Assembly (NCBI GenBank): GCA_035941735.1
Contig: DASZDS010000034.1
Coordinates: 145,109-209,108, forward strand
DNA from: Allosphingosinicella sp.
Lineage (GTDB): Bacteria; Pseudomonadota; Alphaproteobacteria; Sphingomonadales; Sphingomonadaceae
Length of the DNA: 64,000 bases
Reading direction: 5' to 3'
Shown here: positions 50,154-57,579 of the stretch, piece by piece
How the letters are laid out: the number at the start of each line of letters is the position of its first letter
Numbering within the stretch: the stretch's first letter is position 1
Notes under the pieces: generated by a model
The model's database searches: none
What the model saw: only the letters and a program-made list of their open reading frames with translations
Told to the model about the DNA's origin: nothing
Position numbers and translations under genes: made by a program

Positions 50154-50993
50154 ATGAGCAAGGAACCGCAGCGCATCGCCAAGTTGCTCGCCCGCGCCGG
50201 CATCGCCTCGCGGCGCGAGATCGAGCGCATGATCGCCGAGGGGCGGATCGCGGTCGCCGGCGTCAGGGTCGACAAGCCGGCGACCCTGCTGACCTCGCTC
50301 CACGGCGTCACCGTCGACGGCAAGCCGGTCGCCGAGCCCGCGCCGGCGCGGCTGTTCCGCTACCACAAGCCCGCCGGGCTGCTGACCGCCGAGCGCGACC
50401 CCAAAGGCCGACCGACCATCTACGACCGGCTCCCCAAGGGGCTGCCGCGCGTCATGCCGGTGGGGCGGCTCGACCTCAACACCGAGGGGCTGCTGCTCCT
50501 CACCACCGACGGCGAGCTGAAGCGCCAGCTCGAGCTGCCCGCGACCGGCGTCGAGCGCAGCTACCGGGCGCGGGTGTTCGGCCCGGTGAGCCAGGCGCGG
50601 CTCGAGGCGCTGATCCAAGGCATCGAGATCGACGGCGTCCGCTACGGCGCGATCGACGCCAACCTCGAGCGGCGGACCGGCCGCAACGCCTGGCTCGAGA
50701 TGCGCCTCAGGGAGGGCAAGAATCGCGAGGTCCGCCGAGTCCTCGAGCATCTCGGCCTCCAGGTTTCCCGCCTGATCCGCACCGCCTACGGCCCGTTCCG
50801 GCTCGGCGATTTGCCGGCGGGGGCGGTCGACGAGGTGCGGCAGCACGATCTGGTGGCGTTCCGGAAGACTCTAGGCACCTCAAAGCCCGTTCGCCCTGAG
50901 CCTGTCGAAGGGCCTTCTTCTTTTCACTCGGCCAGGAAGAAGGAGCGGGCTTCGACAGGCTCAGCCCGAACGGGACGGGGCGGGCGCAGGTGA
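50154..50993 (+). CDS. rluB: pseudouridine synthase (RsuA/RluB family) with an S4 domain; the C-terminal tail is encoded by a REP element
   Basis: S4 domain (RIAKLLARAGIASRREIERMIAEGRI) and catalytic motif VGRLDLNTEGLLLLTTDGEL. The last 30 or so codons run through the repeat at 50886-50974. Confidence 0.85.
   Translation: MSKEPQRIAKLLARAGIASRREIERMIAEGRIAVAGVRVDKPATLLTSLHGVTVDGKPVAEPAPARLFRYHKPAGLLTAERDPKGRPTIYDRLPKGLPRVMPVGRLDLNTEGLLLLTTDGELKRQLELPATGVERSYRARVFGPVSQARLEALIQGIEIDGVRYGAIDANLERRTGRNAWLEMRLREGKNREVRRVLEHLGLQVSRLIRTAYGPFRLGDLPAGAVDEVRQHDLVAFRKTLGTSKPVRPEPVEGPSSFHSARKKERASTGSARTGRGGRR
50886..50974. repeat. REP family B, inverted dimer, located inside the 3' coding end of rluB
   Basis: CCCGTTCGCCCTGAGCCTGTCGAAGGGCCTTC ... 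GGGCTTCGACAGGCTCAGCCCGAACGGG. The arms are nearly identical to those of 36566-36649. Confidence 0.8.
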
Positions 50994-51538
50994 GGATCAT
51001 CGCCGGCCAGTGGCGGGGCCGGCCGCTCGAGGCGCCGCCGGGCACCGCCACCCGCCCGACCAGCGACCGCGCCCGCGAAGGCCTGTTCTCGATGCTCGCC
51101 AGCCGGCTCGGCGGCTTCGACGGCCTCGCCGTCGCCGACCTCTTCGCCGGCACCGGCGCGCTCGGCCTCGAGGCGCTGTCGCGCGGCGCCGCGCGCTGCG
51201 TCTTCGTCGAGAAGGATCGGGCCGCGCTCGACATTCTCCGCCGCAATATCGAGCGGCTCGGCGCGGGCGACCGTGCCGAGATTCGCGCCCAGGCGGCCGA
51301 GCATGTCTCGCTCGACCCCTGCGACCTGATCCTGATGGATCCGCCCTACAGCCGGGGTCTCGCCCAGCCGGCGCTGGACCGGGCCGCGGCCTGGCTCGCG
51401 CCCGGCGGCTGGCTCGGCCTTGAAACCCATGGCGAAGCCGTGGCTCCCCCCGCCGGCATCGAAGCGGTCGTCGAGCGGCGCTTCGGCAAGGCCCTGCTCA
51501 CCCTCTTCCGGTCCGCGGCAAGCGGCCGTTCATCTTAG
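50990..51538 (+). CDS. rsmD: 16S rRNA (guanine966-N2)-methyltransferase
   Basis: MRIIAGQWRGRPLEAPPGTATRPTSDRAREGLF, DLFAGTGALGLEALSRGA and LMDPPY. The GTG start overlaps the rluB stop (GTGA). Confidence 0.85.
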   Translation: MRIIAGQWRGRPLEAPPGTATRPTSDRAREGLFSMLASRLGGFDGLAVADLFAGTGALGLEALSRGAARCVFVEKDRAALDILRRNIERLGAGDRAEIRAQAAEHVSLDPCDLILMDPPYSRGLAQPALDRAAAWLAPGGWLGLETHGEAVAPPAGIEAVVERRFGKALLTLFRSAASGRSS

Positions 51539-51578
51539 CTAAACTATTGGGAAATCTGCAGAAGCTACAAGGCCGGCG

Positions 51579-52379
51579 ATGATCGCAGAATGGGAAACCT
51601 ATCGGGAGCGCGCCCGCGCCGGCGTGCCGACCCTGGCCGTCCATCTGCTGCTCGGCTTCGCATTGCTGCGCAGCCTCGGCGTCGATCCGCTCGCCTTGCC
51701 GCCGCAAATGCTCACCCTGATCGACATCGCGCCGCCGCCGCCCCCGCCCAAGGCCGAATCGCGGCCGCGCGTCCGCGAGCGCAGCCGCCGCGAGGAAGGC
51801 GCGGCCTCGCCGCCCAACCTCGAATCGCGGCGGACCGAGATCGTCGCGCCGCCGCCGACGATCCTGCCGCCGCCCCCGCCGCCGGTCGTCACCGCCGACA
51901 AGGCCGATACCGGTCCCGACCCGATGGCGGGCTCGGCGGATATCGTCGGCCCCGGCAGCGGCAGCGGCGGCATCGGCGAAGGCCCCGGCAGCGGCGGCCG
52001 CGGTACCGGGCCGGGCGGCGACGGCGACGGCGGCGGCGACGGCTTTACGCCGCCGCGCCGGATCCGCGGCAGCATCCGCGACAGCGACTATCCGCGCGCG
52101 CTCGGCGATAACGGCATCGGCGGCACGGTCTCGGTCATCTACACGGTCGAGACCGACGGCAGCGCGACCCACTGCACGATCACCCGGTCGAGCGGCAGCC
52201 CCGAGCTCGACGACCATACCTGCCGGCTGATCGAGCAGCGTTTCCATTTCCGCCCGTCGCACGACCGCGCAGGCCGGCCGGTCCGCTCGCGCATCGTCCA
52301 GGACCATTATTGGGAAGTCGAGGACGAGCCGCCCACCGAGGAGCCGCCGCGTCGCCGCCGCGGCTTCCGCCTGTTCTAG
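51579..52379 (+). CDS. energy transducer TonB family protein
   Basis: N-terminal TM helix, Pro-rich and Gly-rich spacers, and a C-terminal TonB_C-like domain (YPRALGDNGIGGTVSVIYTVETDGSATHCTITRSSGSPELD). Confidence 0.75.
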   Translation: MIAEWETYRERARAGVPTLAVHLLLGFALLRSLGVDPLALPPQMLTLIDIAPPPPPPKAESRPRVRERSRREEGAASPPNLESRRTEIVAPPPTILPPPPPPVVTADKADTGPDPMAGSADIVGPGSGSGGIGEGPGSGGRGTGPGGDGDGGGDGFTPPRRIRGSIRDSDYPRALGDNGIGGTVSVIYTVETDGSATHCTITRSSGSPELDDHTCRLIEQRFHFRPSHDRAGRPVRSRIVQDHYWEVEDEPPTEEPPRRRRGFRLF

Positions 52380-52394
52380 CGGCGGCCGAAGGCC

Positions 52395-52622
52395 TCACCA
52401 GCAGCCGTAATAATATTCCTCGGTGTAGATCGAATAGGAGCCCCAATGGCTGTGCGAGCCGTTGCAGTAGAGCAAAGTCCCACCGATCATGTTGGTATGA
52501 TATTCGTCATCGTAGAAGTAGGTGACCTGCTTCTGCTGCGGGCCCTGCATGGCGATGGCATTGGTGGCGCCGACGCCGGCGACGACCGCAAGGGCCACGG
52601 CGAGTTTCAGTGAGGTCTTCAT
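52395..52622 (-). CDS. small secreted Tyr-rich two-cysteine protein (possibly DUF6289-like)
   Basis: Strong RBS (GAGGAGG 5 nt upstream of the ATG at 52622). Signal peptide MKTSLKLAVALAVVAGVGATNAIA. The mature 51 aa are QKQVTYFYDDEYHTNMIGGTLLYCNGSHSHWGSYSIYTEEYYYGCW. The gene is conspicuously AT-richer than its surroundings. Confidence 0.55.
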   Translation of the reverse strand: MKTSLKLAVALAVVAGVGATNAIAMQGPQQKQVTYFYDDEYHTNMIGGTLLYCNGSHSHWGSYSIYTEEYYYGCW

Positions 52623-52744
52623 CGACACCTCCTCTGCCCCCCGGGGATTTGGAAAGTCCCATGCCCGGCGCTCGTCTGTCAATCGGAACCGGAACCATAA
52701 CGGTGGGAGCGCGGGGGCGCTGCCGCCTTGCGCCGCGCCGCTTC

Positions 52745-52759
52745 GTTCCCTAGCTGTTC
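52745..52759 (+). promoter_or_regulatory. putative alphaproteobacterial LexA (SOS) box GTTC-N7-GTTC upstream of uvrD
   Basis: GTTCcctagctGTTC ends 5 nt before the uvrD GTG start. Confidence 0.4.
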
Positions 52760-52763
52760 ATGA

Positions 52764-55040
52764 GTGCCGGAACCCGCCGATCTCGCCCCCGAACCCCCCT
52801 ACCTCGCCGGCCTCAACCCGCCGCAGCGCGAGGCGGTGCTGACCACCGAGGGGCCGGTGCTGGTGCTCGCGGGCGCCGGCACCGGCAAGACCGCGGCCCT
52901 GACCGCGCGGCTCGCGCATTTGCTCTACACGCGCAAGGCCTGGCCCTCCGAGCTGCTCGCCGTCACCTTCACCAACAAGGCCGCGCGCGAGATGAAGGAG
53001 AGGGTCGGCCGCATCGTCGGCGAGGCGGTCGAGGGCATGCCCTGGCTCGGCACCTTCCACGCGATCGGCGCCAAGATGCTCAGGCGCCATGCCGAACTGG
53101 TCGGGCTCAAGAGCAATTTCACGATCCTCGACACCGACGACCAACTCCGCCTGATGAAGCAGCTGATCCTCGCCGCCGACATCGACGAGAAACGCTGGCC
53201 GGCGCGGCTGCTCGGCGGCTTCATCGACCGCTGGAAGAACAAGGGCTGGACCCCGGACCAGGTCGATGCCGGCGAGGCCGAGGGCTATGCGGGCGGCAAG
53301 GGCGCCAAGCTCTACGCGCTCTACCAGGCGCGCCTTAGGGATCTGAACGCCTGCGATTTCGGCGACCTGCTGCTCCACATGCTGGTGATCCTGAAGCGCC
53401 ACCGCGACGTGCTCGAACTCTATCAGCAGCGCTTCCGCTACATCCTCGTCGACGAATATCAGGACACCAACCAGGCCCAGTATCTCTGGCTCCGCCTGCT
53501 CGCGCAGGAGCGCCGCAACCTCTGCTGCGTCGGCGACGACGACCAGTCGATCTATTCATGGCGTGGCGCAGAAGTCTCCAACATCCTGCGGTTCGAGCAG
53601 GATTTTCCGGGCGCCAGGATCATCCGGCTCGAGCAGAATTACCGCTCGACGCCGCACATCCTCGCCGCCGCCTCCGGCCTGATCGCGCAGAATGCCGGCC
53701 GGCTCGGCAAGACGCTCTGGACCGAGGCCGGCGAGGGCGACAAGGTCCAGGTGATCGGCATCTGGGACGGGCCCGAGGAGGCGCGCCGGGTCGGCGACGA
53801 GCTGGAGACGATCCGGCATCGCGGCGGGCGGCTGGACGATGCCGCGATCCTGGTCCGAGCCCAGTTCCAGACCCGCGAGTTCGAGGACCGGTTCATCGCG
53901 ATCGGCCTTCCGTACAGAATCGTCGGCGGCTTCCGCTTCTACGAGCGCGCCGAGATCCGGGACGCGCTCGCCTACCTTCGCGTCATCGCCCAGCCCGCCG
54001 ACGATCTGGCCTTCGAGCGGATCGTCAACACCCCCAAGCGCGGCCTCGGCGACAAGGCTTTGGCGAAGCTCCACCAGCTGGCGCGCGCGGAAGGAATTCC
54101 CCTCTCGTTCGCCGCCGCCCGCATCCTCGACACCGACGAGCTGACCGGCGCCGCGCGTCGTTCGCTCGGCAACCTCGTCGGCGATTTCGCCCGCTGGCGC
54201 GCGAAGCTCGACGAATTGCCCCACCCCGAGCTTGCCCGGCTCGTCCTCGACGAATCGGGCTATACCGCCATGCTCCAGGCCGACCGTTCGGCGGAAAGCG
54301 CCGGCCGGCTCGAGAATCTCGCCGAGCTCGCGCGGGCGATGGAGGATTACGAGACGCTCGGCGCCTTCCTCGAACATGTCAGCCTCGTCATGGACAACGA
54401 CGCCGACCGCGAGGCCGACAAGGTCACGATCATGACCATCCACGCCGCCAAGGGGCTCGAGTTCGACACGGTCTTCCTCGCCGGCTGGGAGGAAGGCGTC
54501 TTCCCCTCGCAGCGCGCGCTCGACGAAGGCGGCAACGCGAGCCTCGAGGAGGAGCGCCGCCTCGCCTATGTCGCGATCACCCGCGCCCGCAAGCGCTGCA
54601 TCATCCTCCACGCCGCCAACCGCCGCATCTACGGCCAGTGGACCTCGAGCATCCCGAGCCGCTTCGTCACCGAGCTGCCCGAGCCGCACGTCGATGCCGA
54701 AACCACGATGACCGGCGGCGCCTCGCTCTGGCGCGCCAACTGGTCCGAACGCGCGGACCCCTTCGCCGACCTCGCCCGCACCACCGGCCGCGGCCCCGGC
54801 TGGCAGCGCGCCGCCGCCAGCGGCGCCTTCAACCGCAACGCCTTGCCGGTGATCGACGTCAAGGCCAGCGCGATCAGCCTCGGCAATCCGGGGCGGGGCG
54901 ACATCTCATTGGGCCAGCGCGTCTTCCACGCCAAGTTCGGCTACGGCGAGGTCGCGGAGATCGAGGGAAACAAGCTGGAGATCGATTTTGAGAAAGCGGG
55001 CCGAAAGCGAGTGCTGGATAGCTTCGTCAGCCTGGCGTGA
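52764..55040 (+). CDS. uvrD: ATP-dependent DNA helicase, UvrD/PcrA/Rep family
   Basis: YLAGLNPPQREAV, LAGAGTGKT (Walker A), VDEYQDTN and later SF1 motifs. GTG start at 52764. Confidence 0.9.
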   Translation: MPEPADLAPEPPYLAGLNPPQREAVLTTEGPVLVLAGAGTGKTAALTARLAHLLYTRKAWPSELLAVTFTNKAAREMKERVGRIVGEAVEGMPWLGTFHAIGAKMLRRHAELVGLKSNFTILDTDDQLRLMKQLILAADIDEKRWPARLLGGFIDRWKNKGWTPDQVDAGEAEGYAGGKGAKLYALYQARLRDLNACDFGDLLLHMLVILKRHRDVLELYQQRFRYILVDEYQDTNQAQYLWLRLLAQERRNLCCVGDDDQSIYSWRGAEVSNILRFEQDFPGARIIRLEQNYRSTPHILAAASGLIAQNAGRLGKTLWTEAGEGDKVQVIGIWDGPEEARRVGDELETIRHRGGRLDDAAILVRAQFQTREFEDRFIAIGLPYRIVGGFRFYERAEIRDALAYLRVIAQPADDLAFERIVNTPKRGLGDKALAKLHQLARAEGIPLSFAAARILDTDELTGAARRSLGNLVGDFARWRAKLDELPHPELARLVLDESGYTAMLQADRSAESAGRLENLAELARAMEDYETLGAFLEHVSLVMDNDADREADKVTIMTIHAAKGLEFDTVFLAGWEEGVFPSQRALDEGGNASLEEERRLAYVAITRARKRCIILHAANRRIYGQWTSSIPSRFVTELPEPHVDAETTMTGGASLWRANWSERADPFADLARTTGRGPGWQRAAASGAFNRNALPVIDVKASAISLGNPGRGDISLGQRVFHAKFGYGEVAEIEGNKLEIDFEKAGRKRVLDSFVSLA

Positions 55041-55055
55041 GGGCTTAACTGCGAC

Positions 55056-55346
55056 CTAGGCCGCTTCCACTACAATCTCGTCCTCATACGCCCGCGCCTC
55101 GGCTAGCTCGTGCGCGGCCTGCATCCGCATCAGCGTGGCGGCCTTCAGGCCGAACGCCTTCTCAAAGCGGATCGCCATCTCGGCGGAGAGGCCGGCATTG
55201 CCGTTGAGCAGGTTGCTCGCCGCCTGGCGGGTGACATGGAGACGCCCGGCAAGCGCGGTGACGCTGAGGCCTGCGGGCTCGACGATTTCGGCGCGCAGCC
55301 AAGCGCCCGGATGCACGGCGAAGCTGTCGTGAAGCTTGATCGCCAT
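55056..55346 (-). CDS. higA: HigA family antitoxin (HTH-XRE, addiction module antidote)
   Basis: MAIKLHDSFAVHPGAWLRAEIVEPAGLSVTALAGRLHVTRQAASNLLNGNAGLSAEMAIRFEKAFG is a typical HigA/VapI pattern. The ATG shares one nt with the higB stop (TGATG). Confidence 0.85.
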   Translation of the reverse strand: MAIKLHDSFAVHPGAWLRAEIVEPAGLSVTALAGRLHVTRQAASNLLNGNAGLSAEMAIRFEKAFGLKAATLMRMQAAHELAEARAYEDEIVVEAA

Positions 55347-55633
55347 CAGTGATAATCCTCTAGATCCATATCCTCGATCGCGCCCGCCTCGTTGATCCGG
55401 AACGTCAGCCGCCAGTTCCGCGTCACCGTCAGCGCCCATTCCCCCTTGCGGTCGCCGGTCAGCTTGTGGGCGCCGAAATTGGGCGGCACGTGCAATTCCT
55501 CCTCGGCGTCCATGGCCGCGAGATAGGCGAGCATATTGCGCAGCCTGTCGACGGAGCCGGACGGCAGACCCTTGGACGATCCGGTTTCGGCGAAACGGCG
55601 CAACGCCTTGTGCCGGATCGTCTCGATCTGCAT
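55346..55633 (-). CDS. higB: HigB-like toxin (RelE/ParE superfamily, plasmid maintenance system killer family)
   Basis: IRHKALRRFAETGSSKGLPSGSVDRLRNMLAYL...AHKLTGDRKGEWALTVTRNWRLTF matches the HigB-like toxin family pattern. The toxin-first gene order is typical of higBA. Confidence 0.85.
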   Translation of the reverse strand: MQIETIRHKALRRFAETGSSKGLPSGSVDRLRNMLAYLAAMDAEEELHVPPNFGAHKLTGDRKGEWALTVTRNWRLTFRINEAGAIEDMDLEDYH

Positions 55634-55661
55634 CGCGACCTCCTAGCGCAAGGAGTGTCGC

Positions 55662-55682
55662 CTGTCAAGTTACACTTGACAG
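55662..55682 (-). promoter_or_regulatory. putative higBA operator / promoter palindrome
   Basis: A perfect 9-3-9 palindrome CTGTCAAGT-TAC-ACTTGACAG lies 29-49 nt upstream of the higB ATG. Each arm contains TTGACA. Confidence 0.5.
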
Positions 55683-55686
55683 ATGC

Positions 55687-57414
55687 TTAGAACACCGCCC
55701 GCGGCGCGCCGCCCATCATCTGCGCCCGGACCAGCGGGATCGGCGGGCCGCCGTAGCTGAGGAAGCGGTCGTGGAAGGCTTTCCAGGCGCGGCGGCCGCC
55801 CCGCGTCCGGGTCCAGTCGTCGCGGAGGCGGCGGATGAGGAGCTTGCCCATCGTGTAGTTGAGATAGGCCGGGTCGTAGGTGCCGCGGGCGGCCTGCTGG
55901 CGCGCATTGCCTTCGTCCTGGTAGCATTGGTCGCGGAACATCGCCCGCGACTGCTCCTGAGTCATCCGCCCGGTGTGCATGCCGATCGCCGAGAGGAAGC
56001 GGCAGTCGCGCAGCAAGGCGTTGGAGAGCTGGCCGATATGGATTTCGGGGTCGCCCGCGCCGAGCCCCGCATCCCACATCATCTCCTCGCCATAATGGGC
56101 CCAGCCCTCGGCATAGGCGTAGCCGACATAGATCCGGCCGAACAGGAAGGGCGAGCGGTTGGCGTGGAGGAAGTTGAGGAAGTGGCCGGGCCAGACCTCG
56201 TGGACCGAGGTGAAGAGCAGGTCGGCCTCGCCCGGGATGAACGCCGCCCGTACCTCGGGCGTCCAGCTCGGATCGGGCGGAGCGATGTAATAGACCGACG
56301 GCAGGCCGGTCTCGAACGGCCCGGGAATGTCGATATAAGCCGAGTTCTGGCGGTTGTAGGGCGGCGATTCCTCGACATGGGCCTCCTCGGTGCCCGGGAT
56401 GGTGACGAGGTCGCGGCTCTGGAGGAAGGCCTTGAGGCCGGCGAGCTGGCGGCGCGCGCCGGCGACCGGGCCGCCCTCGGGCTTCTTCGCGTTCATCCGC
56501 TCCATGCAGGCGGGGATGGTGGCGCCCGGCGCATATTGCGCGCACGCCGCGGTGAGCGCCTGCTGGTTGCGCTGAAGGTCGGCGCGGCCGATCGCCTCCA
56601 GCTCGGCGAGCGGCAGATCGACCATCTCGGTGTCGCGGACCATCTGGGCGAAGCGCTCGGCGCCCAGGGCGAAATTCGTGGTCGCGGTCGGGCGCTGGCC
56701 CTCCAGCCAGTCGGCGAGCCCGCGCATCGCCCGCGCCGCCTCGCCCGCCGCCGCGCGCAGCTCGGCCTGGAGCGCCGGGTCCCGCACCTCGGCGAAGGCG
56801 GCGGTGCCGTCGCCCGGATAATAATCGGCGAAGCCGCCGAACGCCGACTTGCCGTAGTCGATGAAGCTGACCGGCAGCGGCGTCCGCAAATTGGCGCGGA
56901 TCTGCCGCGCCGCGCGCGGGATTTCCTTGAGATAGGCGATGAAGGCCCTGAGCCGCGTCTCGGCCGGCGCATAGGGCCGGGTGACGTAGACCGACGGGTC
57001 GAGGCCGTTGTTCATGTAATAAGCGGGGTTGGTGTGCGGCTGGTCGGCGGCGTCGAGCCAGAACAAAGCGCCGCGGGTGCGGGCGATCAGATAGTCGCGC
57101 TCGAAGCGCTGCTCGCGGGTCAGCCGGCGCGGGTCGAACGATTCGGCGACGGCGAGCGCGCTTCTCAAACGCGCTTTCTCGTTCTGCAGCCCGGTCTCGC
57201 TCCAGTCGGGCAGCCGGCCGTCATATTGGTGGCGCCCCTGGTTGACCGCGAAGGCGGGATTGGCGCGGAAATCCTGCTCGATGTAGCGCTGCAGGAAGGC
57301 CGGCCAGGTCTCGGCATGGTCGGTGACGGGCAAGGTGGCGCTGTTGGTCGCCGCGCAGCCGGCCGCCGCCAGCGCAGCCGCCATGACGAGAAGGGAAGTG
57401 AGCCGGTGCGCCAT
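55687..57414 (-). CDS. DUF885 family lipoprotein (putative metallopeptidase-like)
   Basis: The ATG at 57414 gives MAHRLTSLLVMAAALAAAGC (lipobox). HEVWPGHF (HExxH-like context) is typical of DUF885. Confidence 0.75.
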   Translation of the reverse strand: MAHRLTSLLVMAAALAAAGCAATNSATLPVTDHAETWPAFLQRYIEQDFRANPAFAVNQGRHQYDGRLPDWSETGLQNEKARLRSALAVAESFDPRRLTREQRFERDYLIARTRGALFWLDAADQPHTNPAYYMNNGLDPSVYVTRPYAPAETRLRAFIAYLKEIPRAARQIRANLRTPLPVSFIDYGKSAFGGFADYYPGDGTAAFAEVRDPALQAELRAAAGEAARAMRGLADWLEGQRPTATTNFALGAERFAQMVRDTEMVDLPLAELEAIGRADLQRNQQALTAACAQYAPGATIPACMERMNAKKPEGGPVAGARRQLAGLKAFLQSRDLVTIPGTEEAHVEESPPYNRQNSAYIDIPGPFETGLPSVYYIAPPDPSWTPEVRAAFIPGEADLLFTSVHEVWPGHFLNFLHANRSPFLFGRIYVGYAYAEGWAHYGEEMMWDAGLGAGDPEIHIGQLSNALLRDCRFLSAIGMHTGRMTQEQSRAMFRDQCYQDEGNARQQAARGTYDPAYLNYTMGKLLIRRLRDDWTRTRGGRRAWKAFHDRFLSYGGPPIPLVRAQMMGGAPRAVF

Positions 57415-57579
57415 CGCAGCCTCCGCACGAATCCGCCCACCCGCGCGCGCTTCTGCACCGAAATGCGCGCCGGCGCCAGCGCAAGCCTGTTCCAATCCGG
57501 CGGGCGCGAATGGAAGATTGCCGCTTTCCGGCGCCGGGACTGTTGAAGCCTCCCGGCCACCGGCCTAACTGCAGCCCAG

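Noticed and set aside
51700-52030. Apparent short tandem DNA repeats (CCGCCG and GGCGGC runs).
   Set aside because: They encode the Pro-rich and Gly-rich spacer of the TonB-family protein. This is low-complexity coding sequence, not an independent repeat element.
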